Shown here piece by piece: positions 16,584 to 24,066 of a stretch of 33,095 nt of DNA. Every line of letters begins with the position of its first letter. Positions within the stretch are counted from its first letter, which is position 1. This DNA comes from Planctomycetota bacterium (GTDB taxonomy: Bacteria > Planctomycetota > UBA8742 > JACQVU01), in assembly GCA_016209585.1 (NCBI GenBank), contig JACQVU010000012.1:1-33095 (forward strand), given 5' to 3'. The notes beneath the pieces were generated by a model. It did not search any database. It worked only from the letters and a program-made list of their open reading frames with translations, and was not told the origin of the DNA. A program made the translations under genes and the position numbers.

Positions 16584-19500
16584 ATGCTCGCTGGAAAACC
16601 CTTTTGGCGGATCGATACTCGCGGTCCCGCGAGGGAGATCCGCGACGCCGCGCGAACCGCGACCACTGAAGAAGACCTCAAAATACGGGTGGAGCCGCTG
16701 CTTCAGGCGGTCTTTCGCGAAACCGGCGTTGACGTCACCATCCGGCAGTACGAGAAGACCACGGCGGTCACCGCGAAGCGCATCGACGTCGTCTACGGGT
16801 ATCTCGTTATCGAGTACAAGGCGCCCGGAAAACTCGGGAACGCGCGGGCCCTCGACGGGGCGATACAGCAACTTCAGGGTTACCTCCAGGAAGAGTCTCA
16901 GCGCCACGCGGGTGACGCGGAAGGATTTCTCGAAAAGGCGGTCGGCGTGATCATCGACGGCGAGCAGATCGCTTTCGTGCGTTACAGCCGCAAGTCGCGC
17001 CTCTTGCCGCCCCCTATTCCACTGGACGATCAGAAGGGTCGGGATCTCTTCCCTTCGGCGACGCCGCGCAAGGGGTTCCAGGTGCAGGGGCCTTTCGCGG
17101 TCGACGGAGAAAGCCTGGCGTGTCTCCTGATCTACGTGCGATCCGCCGCGCGCCGGCCGCTCCGCGCGGAACACCTCGCGGAGGTTTTCGGGCCGGACAA
17201 TGAAGTCGCCCGCGTCGCCGTCGCCGAACTCTATTCCGCCGTCATGCGCGGCCAGCGCCCGAGCGCCCATTCGCGGGTCGAAACTCTTTACCGAGAATGG
17301 GAACGCATCTTCGGCGCCGTCTACGGCGAGCGCCTTGAGAAGGCAGAAGCGGCAGCCAACGAAACCGCTCGCCTCTATGGCATCGCGACTGGTGTCCGCA
17401 TCAAGCCGCTGCTGTTCGCGATTCACACCTACTACGGCCTGCTCATGAAACTCGTCGCCTCCGAGTTGCTGGCCCTGCAGAAGGAGGAGTTCCGGTCTCG
17501 CTCGATCGTCGACGGCCTGGAGGCCGCGGATGACGCGACGCTTCAGGAGCGGTTGACCTATCTGGAAAGCGGCGGCGATTTCCGCGCCGCGGGCATCACG
17601 AACTTCCTCGAGGCCGACTTCTTCGGGTGGTACCTCGACGTCTGGAGCCGGAAGATCATCGATTCCGTGCGCGGCATGATACGCGCGTTGGCCGGTTTCG
17701 AGCCGGCGACACCGGTGCTGGAACCGGACTGGACCCGCGATCTCTTGCAGAAACTCTACGAGATGGTGGTGCCGCGCGCGCTTCGCCACGGTCTCGGCGA
17801 GTATTACACGCCGGACTGGTTGGCGGACTACCTCGTGGATCGGAGCGGGTACACGGGCGATCCCGCGACCCGTTTTCTTGACCCGGCGTGCGGATCGGGG
17901 ACGTTTCTGGTGCAGGCGATCCGCCGGGTGACGGAGCACGTGGCAGCGAAGGGCAGCGTGGCGTTGAAAGAAGCGGGGCGGGCAATCGTGGCCGGCGTCG
18001 CCGGCTTCGATCTGAACCCTCTCGCGGTTCTGGCGGCGCGAACGAATTCCCTGATCGCTTTCGCGAAGTTCCTCCCGCACGTCAGGCCGATTTCGATTCC
18101 GGTCTATCTGTGCGATTCCGTCGCGCCGCCGGATCAGGCCGAGGCGAGCGACGGCAATTCGAGGCAACTGTATCCCGACGACACCATCGTCTTTCGCACC
18201 AGGGATCACGACTACGTCTTTCCACTGGCGATGAAAGACACGGAACGCATCGCGGACTTCTGCGGTCTCGTGCTGCAAGGGGTGGCCGGGAAAATGGTAC
18301 CCGCGGCCTTCCGGAAACTCCTGACCAGGAAATTTCCGCTGGCCGAGGCCGAGCAGGACCGGCTGATGGAGATTTACAGCCACATCAAGCAACTCCACGA
18401 CGAGAAGCGCGATGGCATATGGGCACACTACATCAAGAACGCCTTCGCGCCGGTGTACGTGGGCAAGTTCGACTACGTCGTGGGAAACCCGCCGTGGATC
18501 CGTTGGGGCTATCTTTCCGACGAGTACCGCGCGCGCACGCTTCCACTGTGGCACGGTTACGGTCTCTTCTCCCTCAAGGGCCACGAGACGCGCCTTGGCG
18601 CGGGCGAGAAGGACTTCTCCATGCTTTTCACGTACACCTGCGCGGATCGCTACCTGAAAGACGGCGGCACGCTCGCGTTCGTGATCACGCAGGAGGTGTT
18701 CAAATCCAAGGGCGCTGGCGAGGGGTTCCGCCGTTTCCGCATTGGCGACAAGGGCGCGCCGCTCAAAGTGCTTTGGATGGAAGACATGGTGCGCCTGCAA
18801 CCCTTCCAGGCGGCGAACAAGACAACGATCTTCGCCGTCCGGAAGGGCGCGGCGACGATCTACCCGGTTCCCGTGGTCCAATGGACTCGGAAGAGCGGTG
18901 TCGGCAAGATTCCGCCGGAGTGGCCGCTGAGCGAAGTGCGCGACGCCACGGAGCGCGTGGAGCAAGTCGCCGTGCCCGTGGATGCGGCCAAGCCCGTTTC
19001 CTCCTGGCAAACGGCGAGTCGCCCGGCGCTTAAGGCCTTTGGGGCAGTGAAAGGCGCGAATGCGTACAAGGCCTACCTCGGAGCCCGTGTCGAGCCCTAT
19101 GGCGTGTTCTGGCTCAACTTCATCGAACTCCGCCCCGATGGGCGGATCGTGGTCGAGAACCAGCACGATCGCGGCAAACGCGAGATCAAGCAGGTTCGCG
19201 ACGCCATCGAGTCTGATCTGGTCTATCCGGCGGTGGCGGGGGGGGATCTCACTCGGTACGGTGTCAACAAGCATTTCTATGCGCTCGTGTGTCAAGACCC
19301 ATCCCGTCGCTCGCCGTTCTCCGAAGATTGGATGATTGAGAACGCGCCGCTCACGCTCGCCTACCTCCATCAGTTTCGGGACGTGTTGCTTTCACGTGGC
19401 TCGAACGTGGTGAGGCAGTTCGCCGAAAAGACCGAGTTCTACGCGATGTACGGCATCGGTCCATACACCTTCGCACCCTATCGCGTCGCCTGGAAACGCA

Positions 19501-19877
19501 TGGCGAGCCACATGGCTGCGACGGTGCTGTCGAAACTCGACACGCCCTTCGGCCCGAAGCCCGTGATCTCCACGGATACTACCTCGTTGATGGTCGCGAC
19601 CTCTCGCGCGGAAGCGCATTATCTCTGCGCGGTGTTGAATTCGGACATCGTCAACGCCTACATCGCCAGTTTCTCTTCCGGCGGGCGCGGTTTCGGCGCG
19701 CCGTCGGTGATGTGGAATCTCGGCGTTCCGAAGTTCGAGAAGAAGAGGGCGCTCCACATGGAACTCGCCGAACTTTCCGAAGAGGCTCACCGGCGCGTTC
19801 AAAAGGGAATGCCGATTGCGGATGTGGACGAACAGGTGAACCTGGACGTGCGAAACCTATGGAATATCAAATCCTGA
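16584..19877 (+). CDS. Type IIG/IIL-like bifunctional restriction-modification enzyme: N-terminal PD-ExK nuclease, helical spacer, gamma-class N6-adenine DNA methyltransferase and C-terminal target-recognition domain
   Basis: The nuclease motif RIDVVYGYLVIEYK (D68-X8-E77-X-K79 counted from the ATG at 16584) lies at nt 16785-16820. GEYYTPDWLADYLVD sits before motif I. AdoMet motif I is FLDPACGSGTFLV (nt 17880-17909). Catalytic motif IV is VVGNPPWIRWG (NPPW at nt 18486-18497). The C-terminal part has a TaqI-C/TRD-like block, EAHYLCAVLNSDIVNAYI. The ORF is open from 16332, so the start is uncertain. 16584 is preferred because it removes Arg/Gly-rich junk, avoids the upstream fragments, and places the D/ExK near residues 68-79. 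Confidence 0.8.
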   Translation: MLAGKPFWRIDTRGPAREIRDAARTATTEEDLKIRVEPLLQAVFRETGVDVTIRQYEKTTAVTAKRIDVVYGYLVIEYKAPGKLGNARALDGAIQQLQGYLQEESQRHAGDAEGFLEKAVGVIIDGEQIAFVRYSRKSRLLPPPIPLDDQKGRDLFPSATPRKGFQVQGPFAVDGESLACLLIYVRSAARRPLRAEHLAEVFGPDNEVARVAVAELYSAVMRGQRPSAHSRVETLYREWERIFGAVYGERLEKAEAAANETARLYGIATGVRIKPLLFAIHTYYGLLMKLVASELLALQKEEFRSRSIVDGLEAADDATLQERLTYLESGGDFRAAGITNFLEADFFGWYLDVWSRKIIDSVRGMIRALAGFEPATPVLEPDWTRDLLQKLYEMVVPRALRHGLGEYYTPDWLADYLVDRSGYTGDPATRFLDPACGSGTFLVQAIRRVTEHVAAKGSVALKEAGRAIVAGVAGFDLNPLAVLAARTNSLIAFAKFLPHVRPISIPVYLCDSVAPPDQAEASDGNSRQLYPDDTIVFRTRDHDYVFPLAMKDTERIADFCGLVLQGVAGKMVPAAFRKLLTRKFPLAEAEQDRLMEIYSHIKQLHDEKRDGIWAHYIKNAFAPVYVGKFDYVVGNPPWIRWGYLSDEYRARTLPLWHGYGLFSLKGHETRLGAGEKDFSMLFTYTCADRYLKDGGTLAFVITQEVFKSKGAGEGFRRFRIGDKGAPLKVLWMEDMVRLQPFQAANKTTIFAVRKGAATIYPVPVVQWTRKSGVGKIPPEWPLSEVRDATERVEQVAVPVDAAKPVSSWQTASRPALKAFGAVKGANAYKAYLGARVEPYGVFWLNFIELRPDGRIVVENQHDRGKREIKQVRDAIESDLVYPAVAGGDLTRYGVNKHFYALVCQDPSRRSPFSEDWMIENAPLTLAYLHQFRDVLLSRGSNVVRQFAEKTEFYAMYGIGPYTFAPYRVAWKRMASHMAATVLSKLDTPFGPKPVISTDTTSLMVATSRAEAHYLCAVLNSDIVNAYIASFSSGGRGFGAPSVMWNLGVPKFEKKRALHMELAELSEEAHRRVQKGMPIADVDEQVNLDVRNLWNIKS

Positions 19878-20704
19878 ATCCAGGGAACGCCGAGTACCCG
19901 AAGCGGCTCGTCCAGCGGATGGGTACGGATGCGCCAACGCTCTACTGGAACGGCCCGCTTCGCCTTCTTGAGCGGTTCACGATGGCCGTCGCTTCGGCCG
20001 ACCACACGCCAGGAAAGGCCATGGTGGCGACGTGGGACATGCTGTTCACCATTCGGGAGTTCGGCCTGAACTACATCGGCGGTTGGCATGCGGTCATGGA
20101 AACGGAGATTTTCCGCCTCGCGCTGGATCGCAAAACCGACAAACAGTACACCCGATCGCTGGTGATGTTCACTGCCCGCGGGCTGGCGCGCGAGACCTGG
20201 GACGGCTTCCTCGGCGACCGCTTCGGATACCGGGGGCCGTTCACCGGATTCCCGGAGAAAGAGGAATACTACCGTCGCGGGCGCGACGGGGAAGTGCTGG
20301 TGCTCTCCATCACCGAGCCGGACTTCAAGAGGATGCTTCTCACGAACGTTCGCCGCCGCAATTTCGTCGCCTGCATGCTGGCCGACGTGGTCTACATTCC
20401 GTTCGCCGAAAAAGGGAACAAGACCTATCAACTGTGCAAGCAAGTGGTGGCGAGCGGCGTTCCGATTTTCACCTGTGACTGCGACGTGAACCATGACCTG
20501 TTCGACCTGGGAATACCGAAATTCAACCGCAAGAACGTCGGCAGGCACCTGGAAAGCCTCGGCGCTTCGAAAGAGGCTGCGCCGCCGTTTCCGCCCCGCG
20601 AAGAGAGGGCCGCAGAGAGCGCGCGCCATCAGTCTCTCGTGCTGTCGCGGCCCGAACCTCGGCGGGTCGGCGGCAAGCAGCGCGAGTTGTTTCCCAGGAA
20701 GTGA
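19859..20704 (+). CDS. Divergent DprA/Smf-like (SLOG/Rossmann-fold) protein, 281 aa, translationally coupled to the RM gene
   Basis: The ATG at 19859 lies 19 nt inside the end of the RM gene (TGA 19875-19877). It aligns by eye to DprA. YPKRLVQRMGTDAPTLYWNGPLRLLERFTMAVASA matches YP..L..i.daP.vLy.kG.l.ll....vAvVGSR. LNYIGGWHAVMETEIFRLAL matches ivSGlA.GID.aAH.aAL. EVLVLSITEPDFKRMLLTNVRRRNFVACMLADVVYIPFAEKGNKTYQLCKQVVASGVPIFTC matches lvlSEy.pg..p....FP.RNRIIAGL..gvivvEA..rSGSLiTa..A.e.GrdVFaiP. It has no SAM or winged-helix DprA end domains and carries a basic, disordered C-terminal tail. Confidence 0.7.
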   Translation: MEYQILNPGNAEYPKRLVQRMGTDAPTLYWNGPLRLLERFTMAVASADHTPGKAMVATWDMLFTIREFGLNYIGGWHAVMETEIFRLALDRKTDKQYTRSLVMFTARGLARETWDGFLGDRFGYRGPFTGFPEKEEYYRRGRDGEVLVLSITEPDFKRMLLTNVRRRNFVACMLADVVYIPFAEKGNKTYQLCKQVVASGVPIFTCDCDVNHDLFDLGIPKFNRKNVGRHLESLGASKEAAPPFPPREERAAESARHQSLVLSRPEPRRVGGKQRELFPRK

Positions 20705-20747
20705 CTCCCACCGGCTGATCGCCACGCTTTGCCGCGAGAAACGCGCG

Positions 20748-22193
20748 CTACACCGTTTCGGAGGCGTTGTACACCGGGATCACCGCGCCGCTGGCGGCCA
20801 CGTTCACCACCGGCGAGTCGGAAATACGCCCCAGGCTGCCCACGTACTCGCCCCCGAAGAGGTAGGGCGACAGGTTGAAGTACTTGCGCTCCAGCGCCAG
20901 CGTCTCGCCCTTGAACACCGGCGCACGCAAGGTCGGCACGTTCACGTACTCCTGCGCCACCCAGTCCGGGCTGCCCTTGCCGGCCTCCACCGCCGCCGTC
21001 CAGGCGGCTGGCTCCGCCACCCGGCCGATGATCACCCCCTTGCCCCCATACCCTCGGGAAGGCTTCAGCACCAGGTTCTCGCGCCCGGCGAGCAGGTGGT
21101 CGAAGAGCCGGCCCCGCTGGCCGTCGGGAAGCGTCGTCTCCTCCTCGTCGCAGGCCCGGGTCCAGGGAATGTGCGCCCGGCAGACGCGGGCTTCCTCGGG
21201 GGTCAACAGATAGTCGAACTCCGGGTTCGAGAGCACCGAGAGAATGTTCTTCTCGCCTCCGATGATCGACCGGAAGGGGTTCACATGGCAGACCTCGCCC
21301 CGCGTGGCCGCCGCGACGTAGTCGGCCAGTTCGTTCGGAAACTCCTTCAATTCCATCGCCTTCAGGCAGCGAATGACGATGTTGTACCGCCTTCCCTCCC
21401 ATTCCAGCCGCCCGCCGGCGCGGCGCAGTTGGCGCGGATCGCAGAAGACGGCGTGCACGCCTTGCGCCAGGAAGTAATCCCGCACGATTTCCGTGTCGCC
21501 CGTGACCCCCGAATGGGCGTAGTCCACCAGCGCCACCGACGGCTCTTCGCGCGGCTCCCGCCGCGGCTGAAACTCCTCCCAGCACTTCATCACCGTGCGG
21601 AACACGGCCGACGTCACCCGCCGCGCGTGGGTCACCCGGCGCGGGGGAACCACGTCGGAGAAGACCGGGACCTCGGCGACGATCTCTTCGTAGGTGTCGG
21701 TCCAGCCCTTGCCGCCCGGGTTGTCGCAGTTGAACTCCACGAACTTCAGAACCTGGCCGTCGAACAGCGCGTCGAGCCGCGCCAGCGGAATCTGGTTGGT
21801 GAAGCCGGGGTCGGCCGCCTGCCACTCAAACGGCACGTCGGCGAAGGTGAAGCGGCGCCGCACCCGCTCGTCGGTCAGCGCCGCCCGCACCACCTTGGAG
21901 ATCACGCCGGCCAGCGTCTCGGAGGTGCGCCGCAAAAGGTCGTGCTCTTCCGGCTCCAGCAGGATGGGCACGAGGGCGATGGGCATCGGCACGCCCTCGT
22001 AGGTGCACCGCCGGCGCACCAGTTCCTCGGCCACGAACTCGTGCAGTTTGCGGGCGATGTGCGGGTGGCGGGTGATCCACGCCACCGTGTCCATGTACCG
22101 CTTGCGCAACGTCTCCAGCGCCACGGGAGGCCCCTTCAACCGCGGTTGGCGTCGCGCGGACGCCAGGCCGGCGCGCGCTCGCCGCGCGGTCAC
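20748..22193 (-). CDS. ATP-grasp-fold amidoligase-like protein (circularly permuted ATP-grasp type 2 / glutathionylspermidine-synthase-like)
   Basis: 481-aa ORF with a GTG start at 22193. ARLDALFDGQVLKFVEFNCDNPGGKGW resembles the (l/f)EfN...P.G signature of this ligase family. LVLKPSRGYGGKGVIIG resembles the ATP-grasp vlKP..g.gG.Gv.iG motif. The exact family assignment rests on memory and was not searched. Confidence 0.55.
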   Translation of the reverse strand: MTARRARAGLASARRQPRLKGPPVALETLRKRYMDTVAWITRHPHIARKLHEFVAEELVRRRCTYEGVPMPIALVPILLEPEEHDLLRRTSETLAGVISKVVRAALTDERVRRRFTFADVPFEWQAADPGFTNQIPLARLDALFDGQVLKFVEFNCDNPGGKGWTDTYEEIVAEVPVFSDVVPPRRVTHARRVTSAVFRTVMKCWEEFQPRREPREEPSVALVDYAHSGVTGDTEIVRDYFLAQGVHAVFCDPRQLRRAGGRLEWEGRRYNIVIRCLKAMELKEFPNELADYVAAATRGEVCHVNPFRSIIGGEKNILSVLSNPEFDYLLTPEEARVCRAHIPWTRACDEEETTLPDGQRGRLFDHLLAGRENLVLKPSRGYGGKGVIIGRVAEPAAWTAAVEAGKGSPDWVAQEYVNVPTLRAPVFKGETLALERKYFNLSPYLFGGEYVGSLGRISDSPVVNVAASGAVIPVYNASETV

Positions 22194-23017
22194 GCCTTGA
22201 AAAACGCCCGCGTCAACGCCCGGAACTCCGACGGACAGTCCGCCGGCACGGCGTGGCCGGAGCGCTCGAAGATGCAGAGAATGGCGTTGGGCATCCCGCG
22301 CGAGATCTCCTCGGCGAACTGCCAGGGGCAGATCCAGTCGTGCCGCCCCGACACCACCAGCGCCTTGGCGGGAATGCTCTTCAACCGGGGCCGCACGTCG
22401 TACTTGGGAAACTCCTTGCTGAAGATCGCGTTGTGCGTCCGGTAGGTGTACTTCTTGGCCGCCAGCGCCACCTTGGCCTTCTCCGGGTCGTAGGCCGTGG
22501 AGTAGAGCGGGTAGATGGCCCGGAAGATCCCCTCGTACTCTTCGTTCGAGGACATCCGGCCGTTGAACAACTTCTCCAGCATGTCGCGCGTGACGCCCTT
22601 CACCCCGCGCGCCAGCGCGTTCTCAATCGCATGGTCATGGATGCGCTTGTCGGAGGCCGCGCCGCGCAGAACCATGTGCGTCACCCGGTCGGGGTGGCGC
22701 CAGGCGTACTCCAGCGCCATGAAGCCGCCGTACGACCCGCCGTAAATCCCCACCCGCTCCAGCCCCATCTGCCGCCGCACCTCCTCGATGTCGGCGCACC
22801 ACTGCTCGTGCGTGTAGGTGGCCGGGTCGCACTCCGGCGACTCGCCGCATCCCCGGAAGTCCAGGTAGACCAGCGTGAACTCGTCCTCCAGGAACTGCAT
22901 CGCGGCCCGCGTGTCGCGCCAGTCCGATAGCCCCGGCCCGCCGTGCAGACCGAGGATCGGCTTGCCGCTGCCGAACACCTCGACGTGTATCCGCGCCCCG
23001 TTGACGTTGAGAAACAT
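22190..23017 (-). CDS. Alpha/beta hydrolase, prolyl aminopeptidase-like (S33 family)
   Basis: 275 aa. It has an HGGPG oxyanion-hole motif (LGLHGGPGLSD), the nucleophile elbow GGSYGG (G-x-S-x-G), and a C-terminal SGH (ERSGHAVP) for the catalytic His. A GAGGAAGG Shine-Dalgarno lies 5 nt upstream of the ATG at 23017. Its stop overlaps the downstream GTG start (GTGA at 22193-22190). Confidence 0.8.
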   Translation of the reverse strand: MFLNVNGARIHVEVFGSGKPILGLHGGPGLSDWRDTRAAMQFLEDEFTLVYLDFRGCGESPECDPATYTHEQWCADIEEVRRQMGLERVGIYGGSYGGFMALEYAWRHPDRVTHMVLRGAASDKRIHDHAIENALARGVKGVTRDMLEKLFNGRMSSNEEYEGIFRAIYPLYSTAYDPEKAKVALAAKKYTYRTHNAIFSKEFPKYDVRPRLKSIPAKALVVSGRHDWICPWQFAEEISRGMPNAILCIFERSGHAVPADCPSEFRALTRAFFKA

Positions 23018-23026
23018 GCCTTCCTC

Positions 23027-23061
23027 TGTCAGTTGTCGGTTGTCAGTTGTCAGTCGTCGGA
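23027..23061. repeat. Heptanucleotide tandem repeat, 4-5 copies: TGTCAGT on the + strand, ACTGACA/TGACAAC on the - strand
   Basis: The + strand reads tgtcagt tgtcggt tgtcagt tgtcagt cgtcgga. It spans the last rluB codons, the rluB stop and the whole 32-nt rluB-hydrolase spacer. The minus-strand RNA reads UGACAACUGACAACCGACAACUGACAGAGGAAGGCAUG. Confidence 0.85.
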
Positions 23062-24000
23062 TGACGCTGGCGCGAGTCCGTCGCCTGGGGTCTTCCGGCC
23101 GGGGTTGTCGGCGGGGCGTTTGCGGCCGCGATTCTTGGGCCGGCGGGGTTGGTTGGCGTTGGACGGGTCTGGGGCGGCCGCCGCGCCGGCGTCGGGGCCG
23201 GGGTCGCGCCCATCTTCGTCGTCGGCCGGGGCGCCGGTGGCCGCGGCGGCGGGGCGAAGGGCGCCGTCAGACTGTTCGCCCTGGCGGGCGAGGTCTTTGA
23301 GGTGCTGGACTTCGTCGGGGGTGAGTTTGCGGTAGTGGCCGGGCTTGAGGTCTTCGAGCGAAATGTCGCCGATCTGGACGCGGACCAGTTTGATGACCGG
23401 GTGGCCCACCTTCGACATCACGCGGCGGATCTGGCGGTTGCGGCCCTCGGAGATGGTGCCTTGCAGGAGGGTGGCGCTCTTGTCGACCTTCTTGATCCGC
23501 ACGCGGGAGATGCGCGCGGGGCCGTCGGTGAGGCGCACGCCGCCCTCGATGGTTTTCACCGTGTCGGCGGAGACCTGGCCGCGGACGCGGAACAGGTAGG
23601 TGCGGGGGATGTGGTAGCGCGGATGGGTGAGATACTGCGAGAGTTCGCCGTCGTTGGTCAGCACCACGATGCCCTCGGAGTCGGAGTCGAGCCGTCCGGC
23701 GGTGTAAAGGCGCTGGGGAATTTTCGAGAGGAGGTCGATGGCCCGCGTGCGACCGAACTGGTCGTCGCTGGTGCAGAGGACGTTCCTGGGCTTATGGAGC
23801 AGGAAGTAGACGTAACGCTCTTTGCGGACGATCTCCCCGTCGCAGCGGACCTGATCCGCGGTGGGGTCCACCTTGACGCCCATCTGGGCGACGACCTGGC
23901 CGTTGACGGTGATCCGGCCCTGTTCGATCAGTTTCTCGCACGCCCGGCGCGATCCGTAGCCCGCGTGGGCGAGGAACTTGTGCAGGCGATCCAGAGGCAT
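23050..24000 (-). CDS. rluB: 23S rRNA pseudouridine synthase, RsuA/RluB family, with an S4 domain and a basic C-terminal tail
   Basis: S4 domain: RLHKFLAHAGYGSRRACEKLIEQGRITVNG. Catalytic motif: AGRLDSDSEGIVVLTNDG. Also SEGRNRQIRRVM. The long Ala/Pro/Arg-rich tail is typical of RluB. The ATG at 24000 (MPLDRLHKF) is preferred over the ORF-track start at 24018. Confidence 0.85.
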   Translation of the reverse strand: MPLDRLHKFLAHAGYGSRRACEKLIEQGRITVNGQVVAQMGVKVDPTADQVRCDGEIVRKERYVYFLLHKPRNVLCTSDDQFGRTRAIDLLSKIPQRLYTAGRLDSDSEGIVVLTNDGELSQYLTHPRYHIPRTYLFRVRGQVSADTVKTIEGGVRLTDGPARISRVRIKKVDKSATLLQGTISEGRNRQIRRVMSKVGHPVIKLVRVQIGDISLEDLKPGHYRKLTPDEVQHLKDLARQGEQSDGALRPAAAATGAPADDEDGRDPGPDAGAAAAPDPSNANQPRRPKNRGRKRPADNPGRKTPGDGLAPASSDD

Positions 24001-24066
24001 GCGCGGTTCGCGGCCCAATGGCCAAAACGGGAAACAGGAACGTGTAACACGCTCGCCGGGAGGGTG

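Noticed and set aside
16584-19877. Interpretation of the large methyltransferase as BREX PglX or DISARM DrmMI.
   Set aside because: The size and the YYTP/NPPW motifs are compatible. However, no pglZ, brxC, brxL, drmA, drmB or drmD-like gene is present on either side. The protein also has its own N-terminal D-X8-E-X-K nuclease signature, which fits a stand-alone type IIG/IIL enzyme better. A homology search is still worthwhile.
20705-20747. Bidirectional terminator expected between the convergent DprA-like and ATP-grasp genes.
   Set aside because: The 43-nt gap contains only a 4-bp CGCG...CGCG pairing and no U/A tracts. No supportable terminator was found.
23027-23061. The heptamer arrays (here and at 33018-33078) considered as CRISPR or a mini-array.
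   Set aside because: The repeat unit is 7 nt with no spacers, and no cas genes are present. These are simple tandem or palindromic repeats.
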